Shown one piece after another: positions 57,996 to 64,000 of a DNA stretch of 64,000 nucleotides; within the stretch, counting starts at the first letter, position 1, and each line of letters begins with the position of its first letter. The position numbers and the translations under genes are program-made. The notes beneath the pieces were generated by a model. The model saw only the letters and a program-made list of their open reading frames with translations. It was not told where the DNA came from and did not search any database. The DNA is from a virus (taxonomy: Duplodnaviria > Caudoviricetes), in the IMG/VR virus record IMGVR_UViG_3300028888_000054; one strand, written 5' to 3'.

Positions 57996-60278
57996 ATGTC
58001 TGTTTTAAGTAAACTAGAAGTAAAAGAAGATTTAGCCAATAATAAAAAAAGTATTTATAGCTGCCTGTTAGAAAGAGGAGCTAAATATCAAGGGATTGGA
58101 AATGATGAATATAAATCATATTCAACTCTTGATAATGGTGAAACTTGGGATATAATTCCTGAGTCTAATAATAATTTAATTAATGTTGCAAACTACCCAA
58201 TACTAATAACACAACCAGGAGGAACTCCTAATATGATAAGTGGAGATGTTACAACTTATCCACCATATACTTCTATTCCTCCAGAGCCAATAACAAATAT
58301 AACAGATGTAATTATTGAAACAGATGGTGATGGAAATACAACTGGAATACGCATAACAACTAACGGCGATGAATCAATCTACGAAAAACCACGCTATGGA
58401 GACTTTGTTATAAGCACAACTGGTGATGATGACCAGGGATATAATATAACAATAACAGCAACAGATAACGATAGCGGCGCAACAGAAGAGCTGTTTAATG
58501 GAGATGGCTTTAGTAAAGGAGACGGTAATAAGTATACTAAATCATCTGTTCAATCCTCTGGCGGCAGTGGTTTAGGAGAAGGAAACATAAACGACAATTT
58601 TGGTAAAGCACCTTATAATAATTATTCTGGTATTTTAAAAGACGATAGTAAAAATATAATAGTTTTATATTCTGATGGTTCTTCTGGTGACTCTTCTGGT
58701 GATGGAGACGGTTCTCAACTCGTATACTCAAATGACGGTGGTTTATCTTGGTATGATGTTAATGGCTTAAAGGGAGTAAAGGGACCATTCTCTAGCGTAT
58801 CAGAAGACGACAACGGCTGGAATCTATTTGGGGATAATGGAAATGTATATGTTGATAAAAACGGTAACGGCAAAGTAACTTCTATGGAGGGAATAGATAT
58901 AGCTTTCGAAGATCTTAATTTGCTATATGTTATAAATAAAGTTATAGTTCCAGAGCTATCATTTAAACTAACTGGAAATAATAACATTCAAGCCTTTTCA
59001 GAAACAAACTTAAACGACGTAATAAAAACATATAACTCTCAAACATTAAAAGGAATTTATACAAACTTAAATTCTTTTGATACAATGGATGTAAACAATA
59101 GTGATATGTTTATAGACTGGGAAGGTGATTTTGATATGAGGCCATTAGATCCAGAAGAGGTTTTTACTTTCTCTAATGAGGTTTTAAATTCGGTTCCTTT
59201 ATACTATAATAGCGAAACGAGTGATTTAAAAGACCATGAGGTTTTAAGTAAAACAATAGAAGATATAAATAAATACCTAGAAGCTAGAAAAAAAAGAATT
59301 AAGCAAATTATTATAAATAAATATAATGAAGCAGATGTAGATTCAGAAGAACTACTGGAGGGTAAAGAAGAATCTTCCGAAGAGGACTTCGTAAATGCTT
59401 GTAAGCTATTAAGCTTATACAGAAGCGTAACAATACGTTCTATAACAACAGTTATATCTACACTTCTAGATGCAGTTTTTTATCTTGATAATAATAAGAT
59501 GAAGAACCTTATAATAGCTGCTATATATGAAACAGTATTGGCGAGCGCAAGCACAATTAATTTTACTATAAATACACTTAAAGATAAGGCAATGGCAGCT
59601 AAGGAAGAACCTGAAAAATATAAAGATATACAAATTATAACAAACGAAGACGGTAAAGAATTTGTAAGGGTTAAACAAGGAGCTTGTAGCTTTAAGTACG
59701 ATTTTAACAAGGGGCTTATGAATGCTGTAAGCAACTACTTGGATTACTCGTTTAAGAGTATCATAAAGCTTACAACAAATAACGATGAAGACCTTGTTGC
59801 TGTTGCTTCTACACAGTATAAATATAAACACAATTCTATTATTAAAGATATAGAGGATTGTATTATTAAAGTCTCAATAGTAGAAAATATAAATACTGGA
59901 GGATATGATAGCGACAAAAGCTACGAAAATATTAAAACAATTTTTGATAGCGCTTGGAATAATTATAAGGATTCTGTTAGAAGCGCTTTGGATAATTTAG
60001 ACCTAAGTAAGTATAAGCCAGATAAGTTGTTAAATGAAGACCAAGCAAAAAACGCAAGAATTCTTGATATACTTAATAAGGCATTTATAAGAGTAAAAGA
60101 AAGAGCTGTTCAATTATTAGACCTTATAAGAAACAATGATTCTGGAGAGGTTAAATACTCTGAGTTTATTCATGGACTTGAAAGCAAAGAACTAGAAGAA
60201 AAAGAGTTAAAAAAAGAAATAGAACAATATATAAATAATATATTTAGTATTTGGAAATCAAATAAGGGTAAATTATAA
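57996..60278 (+). CDS. Virion-associated protein with Asp-box repeats and Gly/Asp-rich region
   Basis: STLDNGETW, SNDGGLSW. Confidence 0.6.
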   Translation: MSVLSKLEVKEDLANNKKSIYSCLLERGAKYQGIGNDEYKSYSTLDNGETWDIIPESNNNLINVANYPILITQPGGTPNMISGDVTTYPPYTSIPPEPITNITDVIIETDGDGNTTGIRITTNGDESIYEKPRYGDFVISTTGDDDQGYNITITATDNDSGATEELFNGDGFSKGDGNKYTKSSVQSSGGSGLGEGNINDNFGKAPYNNYSGILKDDSKNIIVLYSDGSSGDSSGDGDGSQLVYSNDGGLSWYDVNGLKGVKGPFSSVSEDDNGWNLFGDNGNVYVDKNGNGKVTSMEGIDIAFEDLNLLYVINKVIVPELSFKLTGNNNIQAFSETNLNDVIKTYNSQTLKGIYTNLNSFDTMDVNNSDMFIDWEGDFDMRPLDPEEVFTFSNEVLNSVPLYYNSETSDLKDHEVLSKTIEDINKYLEARKKRIKQIIINKYNEADVDSEELLEGKEESSEEDFVNACKLLSLYRSVTIRSITTVISTLLDAVFYLDNNKMKNLIIAAIYETVLASASTINFTINTLKDKAMAAKEEPEKYKDIQIITNEDGKEFVRVKQGACSFKYDFNKGLMNAVSNYLDYSFKSIIKLTTNNDEDLVAVASTQYKYKHNSIIKDIEDCIIKVSIVENINTGGYDSDKSYENIKTIFDSAWNNYKDSVRSALDNLDLSKYKPDKLLNEDQAKNARILDILNKAFIRVKERAVQLLDLIRNNDSGEVKYSEFIHGLESKELEEKELKKEIEQYINNIFSIWKSNKGKL

Positions 60279-62473
60279 TGGGCACAATAAAATATAACGA
60301 ATCACTTAGAAAGAAAATAAGCTTATCTATCTTAAACGAATTAGATAACTTAGACGATGATTGGAATAATATAAACGAAGCCAATAAAGCCAATATGAAA
60401 CTCTTTATGAGTGATTTGGAAAATGGTGGTAGCGATGATTATGAAAACAGAAATAAGATGTTGTATATAATGCATAGGTTTAGAGATAACGCTTATGAGT
60501 TATGCGCCTTAAAAGATTACGAAATGGATTCTAGCACAAAGGCTTATAAATGGCTCATAAACACTTCAAGAATTAATCTTGCAAATTATGTAACTAACTG
60601 GAAAGCATTCGGCGGTGAAAGTAGCTTTACTACTGCTGATGGGGTTAAGTTTTCTACAAGTATAGAAGACAATGATTACATATGGAAAATCTTTTATAAA
60701 TATGGAGATAAAATTCCAGATGATTTTAGTAGTGCCCCTAACAGCGGCGCTGGAAAATACTTTCCAAATACTTATATCTCTTCAGATAAAACAGAATATG
60801 CTAGAACTAACGAGTATTTAAAAAATGGCAAATACAGAATAGTCCAAAATAGTGACCACACAATTAATAGTGATTACATAGTTGACGGCGAAGCTTTTTA
60901 TGATGACGGTAGAATTTTTACCGCAAGTAAAATAGATGTTTGGAACCAAGTAACTAATGTAGTTACCAGAACTTATAATACCTATAGTCCATTCTGGCCA
61001 TTTCATAAAAAAACAGTTACAGAATCTTCTGTTGACGTTCCACTAGAAAACAATACACGCACTACAAACCCAGATCCATGCGTTGATGATATAGATTTTG
61101 ATAAATTATTAAAACTCGGAAATGAAGACACTGCTTACAACTGGGGAAAGAAATGCGTTTCACTTTTAAACCTTGTAGAAAATAAATTAAACATTAGTAG
61201 TTTTGACGAGCACATAACAAGAGATATGGCAACAGCACCAGTTGAAGAAAGTACAACAAAAACTTTTATAGTAAAAAATTTAGACTATACAGAAGAATAT
61301 GCAGATGAAATTATAAGACTCTATAAACCAATTAAAAAAACAGAAAGCTATGTAAGAAAAAATAAACTTTATTCTTATGATTATTATATTTATTATAATA
61401 TGTTTTTTGTTGCAAACGATAGTAGAAATTATGCCGTTGGTTCCATACTAAGCACAAAGAAAAAGAAAATTAGAAAAAATATAAGACCACAGTATAGAGA
61501 AAAATACGAAGAAATAATAAACAATCCAACATCAGAAAATTTAGCAATAAAACAATTTGTATACGACGCTCATGATTTATACTGGGAAATGGGCTGGGGA
61601 GTAGAAATGGAAGTTCTATTCACTGGAGTTCATACAGAAAATAATAATAAACTAGCACCAACTCCTTATATAACAGATGATGTATTTATAGAACTTGCTA
61701 ATAGTTATATTGAAAAAGTTTATTATAAAATACTTGAAGCAAAAAGCCACTACGAAGAAAGTAAAAACTGGTTTGAAACAGTAGACGAAGAGCCAGAAAA
61801 AAATTATGAGAACTTTTTAAAATATTTCATAGGAGCTTCACAAACAAAGCAAGATTGTATCTTGGCTTTAAGAAATATAGTAGAAAATATTCTACCTTGG
61901 ATTCCTAAACGCACCGCCGCTTTGAAAACTACGATAGATTACAAAGAAGATTTAAAAATTTTCCCAGAAGTATTAAAGACAAGGCTTAATAAGTCCAGTG
62001 GCTCACTCATACAAAATTATAATCTTCTAGTTAATCAAGATAGTGAAATGAAGAAATACTATAAAAAAGAAAAGATAACCGAAGCCAGTTTAGACAAATT
62101 ATTAGTCGCAAGAGCCGCAGATATAGAAGACGAACAGGCCTTTAATAAAACAAATTACCCACGATATATAGACATAGAAGCGATAAATACCCACTATAAA
62201 GGCAAAAAATTTAACGTTGGTGATATAATATACATAATGAATGATATATATCCAGAGCAACAGAATAGAATAACTTATATAAAGACTTGGGTAAGTAAAA
62301 AAACTGATTATTCAAAGTTTAATGGAGAGACTGGAACTGGGGCAATAGTAAATGATGTAACTATTACAAGGCTTGGTTTAGAGAAACCATTAAGCAACTA
62401 TTTATATATATCAGATGAACAAGAGAATTTAATAACTAATGGCAACTTGAGAGTTGTTAAGGTATTACAATAA
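60278..62473 (+). CDS. Hypothetical structural-module protein
   Basis: TAATG-coupled; upstream of gp25. Confidence 0.55.
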   Translation: MGTIKYNESLRKKISLSILNELDNLDDDWNNINEANKANMKLFMSDLENGGSDDYENRNKMLYIMHRFRDNAYELCALKDYEMDSSTKAYKWLINTSRINLANYVTNWKAFGGESSFTTADGVKFSTSIEDNDYIWKIFYKYGDKIPDDFSSAPNSGAGKYFPNTYISSDKTEYARTNEYLKNGKYRIVQNSDHTINSDYIVDGEAFYDDGRIFTASKIDVWNQVTNVVTRTYNTYSPFWPFHKKTVTESSVDVPLENNTRTTNPDPCVDDIDFDKLLKLGNEDTAYNWGKKCVSLLNLVENKLNISSFDEHITRDMATAPVEESTTKTFIVKNLDYTEEYADEIIRLYKPIKKTESYVRKNKLYSYDYYIYYNMFFVANDSRNYAVGSILSTKKKKIRKNIRPQYREKYEEIINNPTSENLAIKQFVYDAHDLYWEMGWGVEMEVLFTGVHTENNNKLAPTPYITDDVFIELANSYIEKVYYKILEAKSHYEESKNWFETVDEEPEKNYENFLKYFIGASQTKQDCILALRNIVENILPWIPKRTAALKTTIDYKEDLKIFPEVLKTRLNKSSGSLIQNYNLLVNQDSEMKKYYKKEKITEASLDKLLVARAADIEDEQAFNKTNYPRYIDIEAINTHYKGKKFNVGDIIYIMNDIYPEQQNRITYIKTWVSKKTDYSKFNGETGTGAIVNDVTITRLGLEKPLSNYLYISDEQENLITNGNLRVVKVLQ

Positions 62474-62485
62474 TAAGATAATTAT

Positions 62486-62836
62486 ATGAGTTACAATAAA
62501 GGTTTAGGTTTTTATGATGAAAACGGAATAGTTTTTCAAGAAAGTGAAGAGAAACATATAACAGAAAATATAAAAAGAATTTTGACTACAAGGCGTGGAA
62601 CTAGAGTGGGGGATCTTGCTTTCGGCTCAGACGTTATGAGATTTATATTTATGCCAGAAATGCATATTGATGATTTACTAGAAGAAGTAAAGAACTCTAT
62701 AGCAAGATGTGAGCCACGCGTAACTGTTATAGAGGCATCTTTAATAAAATACGAAGAAGATACAGTTGAAATAAATCTTGTTGTAAGAATTAATTCATCG
62801 GACAAAGTTATAGAAACAAATATACAGGTGGTGTAA
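62486..62836 (+). CDS. gp25: Baseplate wedge/sheath initiator (gp25-like)
   Basis: ILTTRRGTRV...FGS...EPRV. Confidence 0.88.
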   Translation: MSYNKGLGFYDENGIVFQESEEKHITENIKRILTTRRGTRVGDLAFGSDVMRFIFMPEMHIDDLLEEVKNSIARCEPRVTVIEASLIKYEEDTVEINLVVRINSSDKVIETNIQVV

Positions 62837-62839
62837 AGA

Positions 62840-64000
62840 ATGTCTAATCAAATACTAACAGAATTACCTAATATACAATATACTGGTATGGATTATCAGT
62901 CTGTTATGACTGAATTGCAAAACATAATTAAAGATAATCCAAACTGGTCAGAAAACTGGTCAGAGTTTTATAGCTCAGAAGCTGGAACAATGTTTTTACA
63001 GCTTATGTCTTGGATTACAGATAATATGTCTACAAGGCAAGATGTTTTATATAATGAAATGTTTTTGACTACTGCCCAGAAAGATGAAAACAAAATAAAA
63101 CTTTTAAAACAAATTGGATATAATCCTATTATGGCTCATGCTGCCAAAGCTCCAGTAGTTATAGAATTTAATACTGTTCCAGTATCAGATGTATATGTAA
63201 CTCCTGAGAGAAGTTCGCCTTTGCATAACAGAATAAATGACATAATGAAAGTTTCTGGTAAAGACATTAACGGACAAAGTTGTCAGTGGGAAATTTTAAA
63301 ACTATCAGATGGCAAACCAGATTATTTAAAATCTGTTATCTTACCTTCTGGGGTTATAGAATCAAAATATGACAAAGAAAACAATAATATATATGCTATA
63401 CAAGGGGAAACAAAATACCTTGAACTAACTGCGGAAAGTTCTGACGGTGCTTATATAAATATTCCAGATTTAAATGTAGCTGCAGATTCTATAAGAGTAT
63501 TTATAAAATCAACAATTAAAGAATGTAAGCTTGTGTCTTCATTTATAAGTAAAGAGGCTTTAAGTGAAGAATATGGTATTCCATACATAATTGAATATAA
63601 TACAGATAAAACCTATAATGTTAGGTTTCCAAAAAAAGACATGATTAAAGAATCAAGACTTTTGCCAGCTGGTGCTACTGTAAGTATTTTTTATAGAGTA
63701 ACCAATGGAAACCTTGGAAACATTCCTTTAAACTTTATAAACGCTGAAGCTACATTAAAAGACAAGGCTGGAAATAATTATAGCGTTAAAATAAGAAACT
63801 ATAATCTTGGAACAGATGGAACTGCTGCGGAAAGTTTGGATTCAGCAGTTATGAATGGTCCACTTTCTATAAGAACTATGGAAAGAGCTGTAACTCCAGA
63901 AGATTATAACATTATTCTAAATAGAAACCCTAACATTTTTAAATCTAAAACATATACTTCTTCTAACCAGCCAGACAACTGGAAAAACTATTATGGTAGA
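62840..64000 (+). CDS. gp6: Baseplate wedge protein (gp6/J-like), truncated by the window edge
   Basis: Read manually: YTGMDY, NEMFLTTAQ, IGYNP, YRVTNG..GN, RAVTPEDY. Confidence 0.85.
   Translation, partial: MSNQILTELPNIQYTGMDYQSVMTELQNIIKDNPNWSENWSEFYSSEAGTMFLQLMSWITDNMSTRQDVLYNEMFLTTAQKDENKIKLLKQIGYNPIMAHAAKAPVVIEFNTVPVSDVYVTPERSSPLHNRINDIMKVSGKDINGQSCQWEILKLSDGKPDYLKSVILPSGVIESKYDKENNNIYAIQGETKYLELTAESSDGAYINIPDLNVAADSIRVFIKSTIKECKLVSSFISKEALSEEYGIPYIIEYNTDKTYNVRFPKKDMIKESRLLPAGATVSIFYRVTNGNLGNIPLNFINAEATLKDKAGNNYSVKIRNYNLGTDGTAAESLDSAVMNGPLSIRTMERAVTPEDYNIILNRNPNIFKSKTYTSSNQPDNWKNYYGR

Noticed and set aside
1-64000. Genome-wide TAG reassignment (genetic code 15) as the explanation for the DHH amber codon
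   Set aside because: TAG ends flagellin at its conserved C-terminus and ends dnaE part 3 with a TAGTG overlap; other genes are not fragmented under code 11
1-64000. tRNA or rRNA genes
   Set aside because: No cloverleaf or rRNA-like sequence recognised by eye; a tRNAscan/Infernal run is needed to exclude them

Overview
This window is part of an AT-rich, large T4-like (myovirus) phage genome. The host is probably an anaerobic spirochete (Treponema-like), inferred from a phage-borne FlaB-type flagellin and a class III ribonucleotide reductase. Genes diverge from about 35.3 kb, where iteron-like repeats suggest a replication origin. The left arm is mostly on the minus strand. It carries T4-type RNase H, gp59-like and DsbA-like genes, a family C DNA polymerase (DnaE) split into three genes, gp46/gp47, dUTPase, a radical SAM enzyme, Hsp20, a gp31 co-chaperonin, a methyltransferase/nuclease pair, two Zn-ribbon homing endonucleases, and the scaffold and major capsid genes. 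The right arm is mostly on the plus strand, with nrdDG, tail tube, hub, tape measure, baseplate and prohead protease genes. Main unusual signals: (1) early-region decoy-like paralogs of the phage's own capsid N-terminus and of a catalytically degenerate prohead protease; (2) an intact flagellin with a sigma28-like promoter and CsrA-like hairpin; (3) a DHH phosphoesterase whose first catalytic motif is interrupted by GAC-TAG-CTT-GAT, resembling a ribosomal bypass site; (4) a three-way split DnaE with a duplicated palm segment; (5) a candidate late promoter AAGWTAA, many leaderless genes and anti-Shine-Dalgarno small RNAs; (6) a possibly virion-packaged restriction-like nuclease. All assignments come from reading motifs by eye; no database searches were run.
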